NCBI GenBank assembly: GCA_017517275.1
Contig: JAFWZX010000033.1
Span: 3,587-67,586, forward strand
From: Clostridia bacterium
Lineage (GTDB): Bacteria; Bacillota; Clostridia; UBA1212; UBA1255
Length of the DNA: 64,000 nucleotides
Direction: 5' to 3'
Shown piece by piece: positions 46,355 through 56,264 of the stretch (positions are counted from its first letter, which is position 1; each line of letters opens with the position of its first letter). A program made the translations under genes and the position numbers. The notes beneath the pieces were generated by a model, which saw nothing but the letters and a program-made list of their open reading frames with translations, was not told the DNA's origin and ran no database searches.

Positions 46355-46953
46355 CAGAGCAACAGTTTAATTTTTTTGCTTATATTAATCGCATGAAATA
46401 CATCATGCGTTGGGGACTTATGCGCAATACGGTCAGTGAGAACATTCAGGAGCATAGTCTCCAAGTGGCAGTGCTTGCTCATGCTCTATGCTATATTCAC
46501 AATAAATTAAATGCGGATGATTCACAAAAGCAACTTGACCCGTCTAAGGCATGCGTTTATGCGGTTTTTCACGACGCAAATGAGATTATTACGGGGGATA
46601 TGCCCACTCCGATTAAATATTATAACCCGGTGATTAAGGAGCACTACCATAAAATAGAAGATATATCGAAAGAGAAACTTCTGTCAATGTTGCCTCCTGA
46701 TATGGAAGAATATTACAGAGACATATTTTTTTACGAAAATCGTGACCCTGATTATTACGTGATAATCAAGGCCGCCGATAAATTAAGCGCATATTTAAAA
46801 TGTGTAGAAGAAGTAAAAGCTGGAAATAAAGAGTTTTCAAAAGCAAAAGAATCTATTTACGCAAATCTGAAAGAAATAGACTGTCCTGCTCTTGAATATT
46901 TTCTCGATCACTTTACAAACAGCTTTGAACTCACTTTAGATGAATTAGAATAA
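46351..46953 (+). CDS. YfbR-like HD-domain 5'-deoxynucleotidase
   Basis: ...RW....NTVSENIQEHSLQVA.LAH...VFHDANEIITGD.PTP, typical of YfbR. The ATG overlaps the Dgt stop (ATGA). An alternative TTG is at 46345. Confidence 0.75.
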   Translation: MTEQQFNFFAYINRMKYIMRWGLMRNTVSENIQEHSLQVAVLAHALCYIHNKLNADDSQKQLDPSKACVYAVFHDANEIITGDMPTPIKYYNPVIKEHYHKIEDISKEKLLSMLPPDMEEYYRDIFFYENRDPDYYVIIKAADKLSAYLKCVEEVKAGNKEFSKAKESIYANLKEIDCPALEYFLDHFTNSFELTLDELE

Positions 46954-46979
46954 ATAATTAAGGAGCATAGTACTTTAAA

Positions 46980-49739
46980 ATGGGACTTTTTGAGAAGATT
47001 TTCGGTACAAATAGTGAAAGGTCAATTAAACAAATCAGACCTGTCATTGAAGAAATTAATAAATTAGAGCCTACTATGGTAGCAAAATCTGACGCAGAGC
47101 TTAAAGAAATGACTAATATCTTTAAGGAGCGTTTGGCAAAAGGAGAAGACCTTGACGATATTTTGCCGGAGGCTTTTGCTGTCGTAAGGGAGGCCGCAAA
47201 GCGAGTCTTGGGACAGAGACATTATGACGTACAGCTTATTGGCGGTATTATTCTTCATCAAGGCCGTATTGCTGAAATGAAAACAGGTGAAGGAAAAACC
47301 TTGGTGTCAACGCTGCCTGCATATTTAAATGCTCTTTCCGGAAACGGTGTGCATCTTGTTACCGTAAACGACTATTTGGCAAAAAGAGACAGTGAGTGGA
47401 TGGGCAAGATTTATAATTTCCTTGGCCTTACCGTCGGAGTTATTGTCCATGGTCTTACGTCTGATCAAAGACGCGAAGCGTATAATTGTGATATCACTTA
47501 CGCGACGAACAACGAGCTGGGCTTTGATTATCTGAGAGATAACATGGTTATATATAAGCACCAACTTGTTCAAAGAGAATTGAATTTTGCAATTGTAGAC
47601 GAGGTGGACAGTATCCTTATAGATGAGGCCAGAACACCGCTTATTATTTCAGGCCCGGGCGCAAAATCAAGTGAATTGTATGAAAAAGCAGATAGCTTCG
47701 CTGCAACGTTGAAATGCCTTGTTATTAAAGAAACAGACAGCAAGGATTTGATGGACGATGTTATTGAAGATTATATTGTAGATGAAAAGGCAAGAAGCAG
47801 CGTGCTGACAAAACACGGTGTAGAAAAGGCCGAAAAATGGTTTGGAATAGATAATCTCTCAGATCCGGAAAACAGCGAGCTTTCTCACCATATTAATCAG
47901 GCTATCAGAGCTCGTGGTGTTATGAAAAAGGATATTGACTACGTTGTGAAAGACGGAGAGGTCATCATTGTTGACGAGTTTACAGGGCGTCTTATGTTTG
48001 GCAGAAGGTACAATGAAGGTCTGCACCAGGCAATCGAAGCAAAAGAGAGAGTTAAAATTGAAAAAGAAAGCATGACTCAGGCAACGATTACTTTCCAGAA
48101 CTTCTTTAGAATGTACCACAAATTGTCAGGCATGACAGGTACTGCTCTTACGGAGGAAGGCGAATTCAACGGCATATATTCTTTGGATGTTGTGGCAATT
48201 CCTACAAATAAACCGGTTGCAAGAGTAGATAAACCTGATGCAGTTTACAAAACGTTAGAAGGTAAATATAAAGCCCTGGTAAGAGACGTAAAAGAAGCTC
48301 ATGATAAAGGGCAGCCGCTTCTTATCGGTACGGTTTCAATAGAAAAGTCAGAGTTCCTAAGTAAAATGTTAGGCAGAAACGGTATCCCTCACAACGTATT
48401 GAATGCAAAAAATCATGAGAAAGAAGCAGAGATAATCGCGCAAGCCGGAAAATACGGCGCGGTTACTATAGCCACTAATATGGCAGGCCGTGGTACCGAT
48501 ATTGTTCTCGGCGGTAATAGCGAATACATGGCAAAACAAGAAATGCGCAAAGAAGGCTATGCCGATCAATTAATTGCCCTTGCCGACAGCTTTGCTGATA
48601 CAGATGACGAGGTAGTTCTCAATACAAGAAAGCATTTCAGAGAATTGGTTCAAAAGTACGCTCAGCAAACAAAATCAGACAGAGAAAAAGTAATAGAAGC
48701 CGGCGGACTTTTCATCATGGGAACGGAAAGACATGAATCACGTCGAATAGACAACCAGCTTCGAGGCAGAGCCGGTAGACAGGGAGACCCGGGTGTATCA
48801 CAGTTTTATATATCATTAGAAGATGATCTTATGCGTTTGTTTGGCTCTGAAAGAATTGAAGCCGTAATGAATACGCTGAGAATAGAAGAGGATTTTGCCA
48901 TTGAAAATAAAATGCTATCCGGTGCTATAGAAACAGCGCAAAAGAGAGTGGAGAACCGCAACTTTGATATCCGTAAGAACGTCCTGCAATATGATGATGT
49001 TATCAATCAGCAAAGAGAGATAATTTATGCTGAACGTCGTAAGGTTTTAGACGGCTGTGATTTAAAAGACAATTACATGAACATGATATCAAAGAGAATC
49101 TCAGGTGCTGTTGAATCTATCTGCAATAAGGAAATAGATAGACAATACTGGGACTTTGACATGTTAAGAGAGGACCTTGTTGGTATTGCAAATCCTGATA
49201 TTATAACAGCATACAAGGCCAATATTGATAAAATTAAGCCTGAAAAATTATCTGAGGAATTGATTGCTGACTGCGTTGCCAGATATGAAGCTCGTGAAGC
49301 TGAGTTTACGCAAGAGGTGATGCGTGAGGCTGAACGTGTTATCATGCTAAGAACTGTTGATGAAAACTGGATGACTCATATCGACTGTATTGATCAGCTC
49401 AAATATGGTGTAGGCCTGCGCGCATACGGCCACAAGGATCCTGTTGTCGAGTACAAATTTGAAGCATTTAACATGTTTGATGCAATGATCACAACTATAC
49501 AGGATGAGTCATTAAGAAGAATTTTTTCTGTGAAAATAGTAGGAAAGGATAAACCCGAAAGAAGACGAGTAACGGGTGAAGGTAAAGAAGTCTTAGGAGA
49601 GACCGGCCCGCGGGAGAAACCAAAGTCTGCTCCGGCAAAAGCAAAACCGGTAACCAGAACCGGAAGTAAAATAGGACCAAATGATCCATGTCCATGCGGT
49701 AGTGGTAAGAAATATAAAAAGTGTTGCGGCGGTGATTGA
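46980..49739 (+). CDS. secA: Preprotein translocase ATPase SecA
   Basis: 919 aa with [27 protein letters not shown], and the C-terminal zinc motif [14 protein letters not shown]. Confidence 0.95.
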   Translation: MGLFEKIFGTNSERSIKQIRPVIEEINKLEPTMVAKSDAELKEMTNIFKERLAKGEDLDDILPEAFAVVREAAKRVLGQRHYDVQLIGGIILHQGRIAEMKTGEGKTLVSTLPAYLNALSGNGVHLVTVNDYLAKRDSEWMGKIYNFLGLTVGVIVHGLTSDQRREAYNCDITYATNNELGFDYLRDNMVIYKHQLVQRELNFAIVDEVDSILIDEARTPLIISGPGAKSSELYEKADSFAATLKCLVIKETDSKDLMDDVIEDYIVDEKARSSVLTKHGVEKAEKWFGIDNLSDPENSELSHHINQAIRARGVMKKDIDYVVKDGEVIIVDEFTGRLMFGRRYNEGLHQAIEAKERVKIEKESMTQATITFQNFFRMYHKLSGMTGTALTEEGEFNGIYSLDVVAIPTNKPVARVDKPDAVYKTLEGKYKALVRDVKEAHDKGQPLLIGTVSIEKSEFLSKMLGRNGIPHNVLNAKNHEKEAEIIAQAGKYGAVTIATNMAGRGTDIVLGGNSEYMAKQEMRKEGYADQLIALADSFADTDDEVVLNTRKHFRELVQKYAQQTKSDREKVIEAGGLFIMGTERHESRRIDNQLRGRAGRQGDPGVSQFYISLEDDLMRLFGSERIEAVMNTLRIEEDFAIENKMLSGAIETAQKRVENRNFDIRKNVLQYDDVINQQREIIYAERRKVLDGCDLKDNYMNMISKRISGAVESICNKEIDRQYWDFDMLREDLVGIANPDIITAYKANIDKIKPEKLSEELIADCVARYEAREAEFTQEVMREAERVIMLRTVDENWMTHIDCIDQLKYGVGLRAYGHKDPVVEYKFEAFNMFDAMITTIQDESLRRIFSVKIVGKDKPERRRVTGEGKEVLGETGPREKPKSAPAKAKPVTRTGSKIGPNDPCPCGSGKKYKKCCGGD

Positions 49740-49824
49740 AAAAGATTGCATAAACACTTATCACTTTCATAAGGATGAGCGTCTGAGTTACTGTAACGGT
49801 TAGATTTTTCACGGAGGTATTGTT

Positions 49825-51453
49825 GTGAGATACGTAGAAAAAAACGTTAGATTTATTTGTATTGCACTTGCAATTTTACTCGTTATATTGCAACTGGTTG
49901 CATGTGAAGGTAATAATGATTTGGCGGAGAACACTATGGTACCGACTCTGATTCAAAAGCCGACTACTGCTCCAACTACGGCTGCAACTACGGCTCCGAC
50001 TCAAACACCTGAGCAGGAAGTTTTGACTACACTGTCTTTTTCTGACATTCCAAAAGATATTGATCTCGCAAAATACTTTATTCGGCCGCATCAGTGTGCT
50101 GTTTCATTAGCGGACACTGAGACAGACGGGCAGGTACTGGCATTGACGTCATCTTCAATTATGGCAGCAGGTACTAGCGACCCTTACATATATTTTAAAC
50201 ATGCACAGTTGGCTAAGGATTTAGGATATAAATCAGTGAACACGCAGGAATATCAGTATCTTGTGCTGCGCGTGCGCGGCGCAGGCCTGACGGGGGGGAT
50301 TTTTTCCTTCTACGGCTATTCAACTGAGACACCTTCCGGTACAGGTGTGACAGGCCAGGTGGATTATCGACTCCAAAGGACTGAGGATTGGCAATATCTT
50401 TGGATTAATCTGTCTAAATACAGCAAAAATCTTCCACTTCTGCGTTTTGATATGGAAAATATGGCAGCCGAGAACGGTGAAGTGCTGTATATTGACAGCA
50501 TGGCTTTTTTTACGGATAAGGATGAATCTCTTAAATACATGCCGGCTACCACATACCCTATAAAAGAGCAAACGGCAGATAATTATGTGGCAAAGATTAT
50601 GTCTTTTAACGTACAAACAGAAAACGGAACTCAGGTTCGTGCAGATATCCGTGCAGATATGCTACGCGATTTATTAGATGAATATATGCCTGATTCAATT
50701 GGCTTACAGGAGGTAACAACTCTTTGGCGCGGCATGATGGATAACTTTATTTTCAATAAGAGCTATGCAAGCGTTGGCGAACCAAGGACGCCGGGAGGAG
50801 AGGCAAATCCCATTTACTATCGTGTAGATAAGTATGAGCTTATAGACAGTGGCACATTTTGGCTGTCTGATACACCGGATGTATCGGGATCAAAATTTGA
50901 GGGGAGCCAATACGTTCGTATTTGTACTTGGGCACACTTGCGTGACCGCGTAACAGGAAACGAATTCATACATTTCAATACCCATCTCGATAGCCTGGGA
51001 GGCAGTGACGGAAGAGCTCTGCGTAAGCAACAGATTATTGTTATCTTGAAGTTTTTGCAACGCTTTGGCGATGTACCCATGATATTGACAGGGGACTTGA
51101 ACCAGGCAGCAGTTAACGGTGAGGGTCAGAAATATTCGGTTTATAAAACGCTGACAGGCATCAAAAAGTTTACTTTGGACGATGGAACAGAGGCGTTCTC
51201 TCCTTTTTCAAATGCACGTTATGATGCACCGGATAACATGCCTGAGGGCTTTTGCGCTACAATGGTTGCTTCACATAACCCGAACGGAACAAAATATAAT
51301 CCGGCAAAAGAACCTGTTGACTACGTTCTTTATTCTCCAAATTCACTGACGGCTCTTTCTTATAAGATCAGGCTGTATGACCGCCATGGTATATACCTTT
51401 CAGATCATCTGCCGGTGATCTGCGATATCAGGTTTGCTCCCACTGCTTTTTAG
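49825..51453 (+). CDS. Lipoprotein with C-terminal endonuclease/exonuclease/phosphatase (EEP) domain
   Basis: Lipobox LQLVAC-EG and a Thr/Pro linker. EEP motifs are MSFNVQTEN, GLQEV, FNTHLD, TGDLNQ and SDHLPV. GTG start behind GGAGG. Confidence 0.7.
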   Translation: MRYVEKNVRFICIALAILLVILQLVACEGNNDLAENTMVPTLIQKPTTAPTTAATTAPTQTPEQEVLTTLSFSDIPKDIDLAKYFIRPHQCAVSLADTETDGQVLALTSSSIMAAGTSDPYIYFKHAQLAKDLGYKSVNTQEYQYLVLRVRGAGLTGGIFSFYGYSTETPSGTGVTGQVDYRLQRTEDWQYLWINLSKYSKNLPLLRFDMENMAAENGEVLYIDSMAFFTDKDESLKYMPATTYPIKEQTADNYVAKIMSFNVQTENGTQVRADIRADMLRDLLDEYMPDSIGLQEVTTLWRGMMDNFIFNKSYASVGEPRTPGGEANPIYYRVDKYELIDSGTFWLSDTPDVSGSKFEGSQYVRICTWAHLRDRVTGNEFIHFNTHLDSLGGSDGRALRKQQIIVILKFLQRFGDVPMILTGDLNQAAVNGEGQKYSVYKTLTGIKKFTLDDGTEAFSPFSNARYDAPDNMPEGFCATMVASHNPNGTKYNPAKEPVDYVLYSPNSLTALSYKIRLYDRHGIYLSDHLPVICDIRFAPTAF

Positions 51454-51565
51454 CCGTTTACATATAGCAGAAAATGATGTAAAATAATGGTGATTTCTAT
51501 TACATAGACTTCATTGCATAAGTGGGAAAAAATACAAGATCTGATGTGACTGATAAGGTAAGAAT

Positions 51566-52345
51566 ATGGTTGATATTGCAAGAGAGTTACAAGCATTCAG
51601 ACCGATAAATATTGAGCGCATACCTACAGATGATAAAAGGTTTACGCCTCAGGTCAAGATTGCTTTTGAACTGTATAATAAAGCACTGGGTGAGATAAAA
51701 GACGGGTATCGTGATATTGCAAAAAGCGATTTGCGAAAGGCAGTAGCACTTTGTCCTGAGTTCAGCTCAGCCATAATGGTTCTTGGCATCCTTGTTTTTG
51801 CAAATGGCGACAGAATAGGAGCTGTGAGAGTTTTTAATTCAGTTAAAGACAGCAAAGACCGTGAGAAGGCCATTGCAATACTGGACAGACTTATTACAGA
51901 GGCAGAACGACCTGTCGGAAACAGCAGAAATTATTATTCCTCAGCTTCAGAATCTGTTTATAAGACACCTGAACGAAGTATTGCTGAAAAAGATGACAAA
52001 GTAGGTACTCCTTCTCAAAGACCTATGCCAAGCTACAGAAGAGCAAACTCTTACAGTACGGAAGATAACCAAAACGCAAAGGCAAGCCCCACAGAATCCC
52101 AACATAAGGCGCAAAACGACGATTCGTTTGGAATAAATGTAACAAATAAAGCCTTACTTGTCATTGTTGCTATTCTTATAGCTTTTGCTGTGATTGCTTC
52201 TGCGTTGCTTGTAAGTATGTCTACGTCAGATAATAACAAAGACGGTGTTCTGCCAACGGTAAATCCGGCAGCAACGGGATCTCCGTCAAGCGGACTTGAG
52301 AGTACCCCGTCTTCATCCGGCAACGTAGATTATCCACTCTACTAG
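51566..52345 (+). CDS. Hypothetical single-pass membrane protein (helical TPR-like N-domain, disordered linker, TM, Ser/Pro tail)
   Basis: 259 aa with TM LLVIVAILIAFAVIASALLV near aa 195-215. I recognise no family. Confidence 0.5.
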   Translation: MVDIARELQAFRPINIERIPTDDKRFTPQVKIAFELYNKALGEIKDGYRDIAKSDLRKAVALCPEFSSAIMVLGILVFANGDRIGAVRVFNSVKDSKDREKAIAILDRLITEAERPVGNSRNYYSSASESVYKTPERSIAEKDDKVGTPSQRPMPSYRRANSYSTEDNQNAKASPTESQHKAQNDDSFGINVTNKALLVIVAILIAFAVIASALLVSMSTSDNNKDGVLPTVNPAATGSPSSGLESTPSSSGNVDYPLY

Positions 52346-52356
52346 AAGGAGCATTT

Positions 52357-53907
52357 ATGGAATCATTTAGTAATAAAGCGAAACGCTCGTTTCTTATCAC
52401 AGCAATTACCATTTTATGTATGTTGCTCTTTGTCGTTGTACTTGGATGTTCGGCAAATACTTCAGATGATGCATCCGATAAAACAAACCATCCTGAGAAT
52501 TCCGGTACAGCTAAGCCTGAAATAAACGCAAAGAAGCTATTCAACGATGCGCAGACAAGATTCGATAAATATAACTCAGTAGAGTTTGATTTTAAGTGCA
52601 ATATAACATTAGGAAGTGACGGAAATACTGTAGTTACCGTGCTTTCATCACGTGTCGGTGAAAAGAACAGGAATACTCAGGATTTTCAGATGACGGAGTC
52701 TTCTGTCTTACGTATTGGCAGTCAGGAAGCCATGTTTTCTGAAATAGTTTATATCGACGGAAAGTATTATTCCGACTGCGAGACTGAAAAATTTGTATCA
52801 GATTTAACGTTCGAAGAATACTGCGACTATATTAATGAAGGCAAGCAGGATAATTACGGTACCGACACTATAGAAGATTCATATGATAACTATGACGTTA
52901 AGTCGTATCTCGACGGTTCTGTAGTATCATATGATAAATGCAACACGGAATCATCTTATCTCAAAGGAGAGATTGTTTCAGCTCTGTATCTTTGCGGATT
53001 TGATATAAAACCCAGCGACGTTAGTCTTATTGAGTCTTCCGGTTATATGGAATTAAGCAGTAAGAAAGATATTAATAAAGAAGAACGTGTGATATCTGCA
53101 GAGATCACACTGTTTAACCAGAAGATTCGCGTCACAGTGTTGGTGGAGATTGACGTTATCAGTTTTAACGAGAACGTCGATATTGTGGCACCGACAACAG
53201 ATGATTATTGTATTGTACCTCATCCGTCTTTTCCGGACGAGTTAAATGGATTATATTGTTCTCTTGTCGATAAAAAAAATTTCACGCTTACAGATGAAAA
53301 AGAAGTGAAGTTTGTCGTTAATAACACACAGGCGACGTATACTGATGAAAACAAAATTACATACAGTAACACAGATGCGGATTGTTCTTTTGATATCGAT
53401 TTTTCACAGACTATCAAATGTTCAAAATTGTCACCTAAGACAACAACAAACGAATTTTCGGAAAGTTTCTCTGCTGCTACCGGCAAATATGTTGCATATG
53501 AGAATAAAGATAAAGTATCAGAAGTTGAAATTTCGAAAGAAGATGCCCAAAATTATATATGGGAACAGTTACTATATCTTGTGCCGGATTACATGCTGTT
53601 TGATTCGATAACGGTGTCGATTGCGGAAGACGGATCTGTGGGCACATACACCTTTGAATTGTCAGAAGAATACGTACAGGCTTACTGCGCGTACTATATT
53701 ACGTATTATGATAGTAGCCTATCCGGATATCCTTATGATTCAAAAACAATAGATCCGGCAAAAGGCCAGATTATCATTATTGCAGATGAAACTGAAGGTG
53801 TAATTAAAAATGTTATGACCAGTATGTCTTGCAAGTACAATTATCAGAACAAATATACCATATCATTTACGTATTCCGACATTTTAGAATGCGATATTAA
53901 AAAATGA
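52357..53907 (+). CDS. Hypothetical large lipoprotein
   Basis: Lipobox VVVLGC-SA, with RBS AAGGAG. It starts 11 nt after the upstream gene. I recognise no family. Confidence 0.55.
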   Translation: MESFSNKAKRSFLITAITILCMLLFVVVLGCSANTSDDASDKTNHPENSGTAKPEINAKKLFNDAQTRFDKYNSVEFDFKCNITLGSDGNTVVTVLSSRVGEKNRNTQDFQMTESSVLRIGSQEAMFSEIVYIDGKYYSDCETEKFVSDLTFEEYCDYINEGKQDNYGTDTIEDSYDNYDVKSYLDGSVVSYDKCNTESSYLKGEIVSALYLCGFDIKPSDVSLIESSGYMELSSKKDINKEERVISAEITLFNQKIRVTVLVEIDVISFNENVDIVAPTTDDYCIVPHPSFPDELNGLYCSLVDKKNFTLTDEKEVKFVVNNTQATYTDENKITYSNTDADCSFDIDFSQTIKCSKLSPKTTTNEFSESFSAATGKYVAYENKDKVSEVEISKEDAQNYIWEQLLYLVPDYMLFDSITVSIAEDGSVGTYTFELSEEYVQAYCAYYITYYDSSLSGYPYDSKTIDPAKGQIIIIADETEGVIKNVMTSMSCKYNYQNKYTISFTYSDILECDIKK

Positions 53908-53994
53908 TTTTCAATATCAATTATAAAAAGGTATTGCAGAAATCTATCAAAAAAAGTAAACTACAAAAAAGTTTGAATAAAGGAGAAACAAAAT

Positions 53995-54939
53995 ATGAAA
54001 AAATTATCAAAGTTCACACTTTTAGTTATGCTTGTTATAGCTGCAGTTATGCTTTGCGTAGCTTGTGGTGGTGGCGAGACAACAGATCCTACTAAAGCAC
54101 CGGCAACACAAGTTCCGACAGCGATTCCTACACAGGAGCCTGCAAAGACAGCTACACCCGAGCCTACAGCTACACCTGAACCTACAGCTACACCTGACCC
54201 GGCTGTTGTTCCGGCTCCATTCTTTGATCTGAAGGTAGAAGGCGATACAGTTGTTGATGGTACAGATAATGGTTATATCGAAGTAATGGGCGGTACTGTA
54301 GGAGAGTATACTTACAAACACGAAGGTAAAGAGATTAAGCTCACTACTTACCAGGGAGTAGAAGCAGGTGATTGGCTCTCAGTTTTATTTGAAGACCTTT
54401 ATTCATGGGAAGAGATGATCAATGAGAGCGGTATCGCTTTTGAAGCATTATTCCAGTTAGAAAAGCAAACAACAATCAATTCTCCGATATTTGGTAACGG
54501 TAACGGAGGCGGCTTCGGTCTTATGTTCAGAGGTGCTAATGCATGGCCTAATATTAACTTCGGTTCATATGATAACTCTACTTCTGAATTCGTAGCTGCA
54601 AACTATGCATATGCTATCGACCCTAACGCAGGCGAGCCTATTGAAGTTGGTGTTGTACACCACGTAATTGCTATGCTTGATATTGACGAAAGAATGGTTA
54701 AGTTCTATCTTGACGGCGAACTTCTCGGAGAAGGCGAATTTGGCGAAGGTGACTTCACTGTTGGTTCCGGCAAACACAACGAAGTCGGTATCGGTGGAAA
54801 CGTTAACATTCCTGGTGAAAACCTTGTAGCAGGCAGTGGCGGTTCATATGGCATTATTTCTGCTAAGATCTATGACCGCGCATTAAACGAAGTTCAAGTT
54901 CAAAAAGCATATGAAGCAGCAATGGAACTTTTAAAATAA
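53995..54939 (+). CDS. LamG/concanavalin-A-like lectin domain lipoprotein
   Basis: Lipobox LCVAC-GG, a long Pro/Thr linker, and the C-terminal ...KIYDRALNEVQV... block typical of LamG-type domains. Confidence 0.65.
   Translation: MKKLSKFTLLVMLVIAAVMLCVACGGGETTDPTKAPATQVPTAIPTQEPAKTATPEPTATPEPTATPDPAVVPAPFFDLKVEGDTVVDGTDNGYIEVMGGTVGEYTYKHEGKEIKLTTYQGVEAGDWLSVLFEDLYSWEEMINESGIAFEALFQLEKQTTINSPIFGNGNGGGFGLMFRGANAWPNINFGSYDNSTSEFVAANYAYAIDPNAGEPIEVGVVHHVIAMLDIDERMVKFYLDGELLGEGEFGEGDFTVGSGKHNEVGIGGNVNIPGENLVAGSGGSYGIISAKIYDRALNEVQVQKAYEAAMELLK
54148..54201 (+). repeat. Three tandem 18-nt coding repeats (TATPEP x3) within a Pro/Thr linker
   Basis: The three units are ACAGCTACACCCGAGCCT, ACAGCTACACCTGAACCT and ACAGCTACACCTGACCCG. 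Confidence 0.7.
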
Positions 54940-54943
54940 GATA

Positions 54944-54973
54944 TTGACATAGAACGTCTTTATGTGATATAAT
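54944..54973 (+). promoter_or_regulatory. Promoter of the infC-rpmI-rplT operon
   Basis: TTGACA (54944-54949), 18 nt spacer, TGA-TATAAT (extended -10, hexamer 54968-54973). Confidence 0.6.
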
Positions 54974-54974
54974 A

Positions 54975-55120
54975 GCCAACGCGAGTTTAAGTGAAGCGAT
55001 ACGCTATCCACCTTGGCAGGCAATAGGGCATGCGGGTTTACTCACATAGGACAGTTAATGAATGTTTTGTTGTGATTAAATAGCGAATCGTATTACTCGG
55101 TTCGCTATTATTTTATTTTT
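54975..55120 (+). promoter_or_regulatory. Ribosomal protein L20 leader (Firmicute-type attenuator) including terminator 55079-55120
   Basis: About 145 nt of structured 5' UTR between the promoter and infC. It ends in an AATAGCGAA...TTCGCTATT hairpin plus ATTTTATTTTT. The call rests on position and architecture, not on a covariance model. Confidence 0.55.
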
Positions 55121-55137
55121 GTATGGAGGTGTCTGTT

Positions 55138-55647
55138 ATTAACAGGGATGAATCAATGGTAAACGAGGGCATCAGAGAGGTCGAAGTCAGATGCATCGAT
55201 GAGAATGGCCAACTGATTGGTATTATACCGACTAAGGAAGCTCTTAAGATCGCTTATGATAAAGATCTGGATCTGGTGATGGTGGCACAGGCTGCGAAGC
55301 CTCCTGTTTGCAGGATCATGGATTATGACAAGTTCATATTTGATCAGAACAAAAAGGACAAGGAGATTCGTAAGAATCAGAAGGTTATCGATATTAAAGA
55401 AGTGAGACTGAGCATCGGAATCGGTGATCACGACTTTATGGTAAAGGCTAAGAACGCAGTAAAGTTCTTACAAAGCGGTGACAAAGTAAAGGTTACAGTA
55501 CGTTTCACCACGAGAGAGCTTAACCACACTAACGAAGGCGTAGAGCTTGTTAAGAGAATGGCAGAGTGTGTAAAAGACTACGGTACTCTTGATAAAGAGC
55601 CTAAGTTAGAGGGCAAGAGAATGAACGTTATCATTAATCCTAAATAA
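55138..55647 (+). CDS. infC: Translation initiation factor IF-3
   Basis: INRDESMVNEGIREVEVRCIDENGQQLGI... matches the IF-3 N-terminus. ATT at 55138 lies 5 nt after GGAGGTG. An in-frame ATG at 55123 overlaps that RBS. Confidence 0.85.
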   Translation: MNRDESMVNEGIREVEVRCIDENGQLIGIIPTKEALKIAYDKDLDLVMVAQAAKPPVCRIMDYDKFIFDQNKKDKEIRKNQKVIDIKEVRLSIGIGDHDFMVKAKNAVKFLQSGDKVKVTVRFTTRELNHTNEGVELVKRMAECVKDYGTLDKEPKLEGKRMNVIINPK

Positions 55648-55687
55648 TAACAGATATCTAAGTAAATAAAGAAGGGAAGTTAATATT

Positions 55688-55885
55688 ATGCCTAAGGTAA
55701 AAACACACAGCGCTTCAAAGAAGAGATTTAAGGTTACAGCAACCGGCAAAGTTAAGATGAGCAACGCTTGCAGACGTCACAGATTGGTAAGCAAGCCGCG
55801 TAAAGCAAAGAACCAGCACAAGATGCCGACTTTTGCAGCAAGTAGTGATGCAGCAAGAGTAAAGAAAATGTTACCATATGTCTGA
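55688..55885 (+). CDS. rpmI: 50S ribosomal protein L35
   Basis: MPKVKTHSASKKRFKVTATGKVK... Confidence 0.95.
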   Translation: MPKVKTHSASKKRFKVTATGKVKMSNACRRHRLVSKPRKAKNQHKMPTFAASSDAARVKKMLPYV

Positions 55886-55905
55886 TAAAGGGAGGCTGAA
55901 TAAAT

Positions 55906-56253
55906 ATGTCAAGAGTTAAGAATTCAGTAGCTACAAGAGCTAGAAGAAAAAGAGTTATTAAATTAGCAAAAGGTTATTTCGGAAGAAAGAGCACTATCTT
56001 CAAGACTGCAAACCAAGCTGTTATTAAGTCAGCTATGTATGCATACAGAGACAGACGCGCTAACAAGAGAAACTTCAGAAAACTTTGGATCACACGTATT
56101 AACGCAGCAGCAAGACTCAATGGTATGTCATACAGCACACTTATGCACGCTCTTAAGGTAAAAGGCATTGCACTTGACCGCAAAGTTCTTGCAGATATGG
56201 CAGTTAATGATGCAAACGGTTTTGCAAAGCTTGTTGAATCCGTTAAGGCGTAA
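55906..56253 (+). CDS. rplT: 50S ribosomal protein L20
   Basis: [26 protein letters not shown]...YAYRDRR..KR.FR.LWI.RINAA. Confidence 0.95.
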   Translation: MSRVKNSVATRARRKRVIKLAKGYFGRKSTIFKTANQAVIKSAMYAYRDRRANKRNFRKLWITRINAAARLNGMSYSTLMHALKVKGIALDRKVLADMAVNDANGFAKLVESVKA

Positions 56254-56264
56254 ATATTATACCT

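Noticed and set aside
52221-52601. 126-aa minus-strand ORF across the 51566/52357 gene junction
   Set aside because: It is antisense to two RBS-supported genes and has no RBS of its own.
53904-54095. 63-aa plus-strand ORF overlapping the start of the LamG lipoprotein gene
   Set aside because: It is a Lys-rich read-through of the intergenic A-rich spacer. The real gene starts at 53995 behind AAGGAGA in another frame.
54148-54201. Tandem 18-nt repeats considered as a possible CRISPR or VNTR-like element
   Set aside because: There are only three in-frame copies inside a CDS, encoding a TATPEP linker, with no spacers. It is kept as a coding repeat only.
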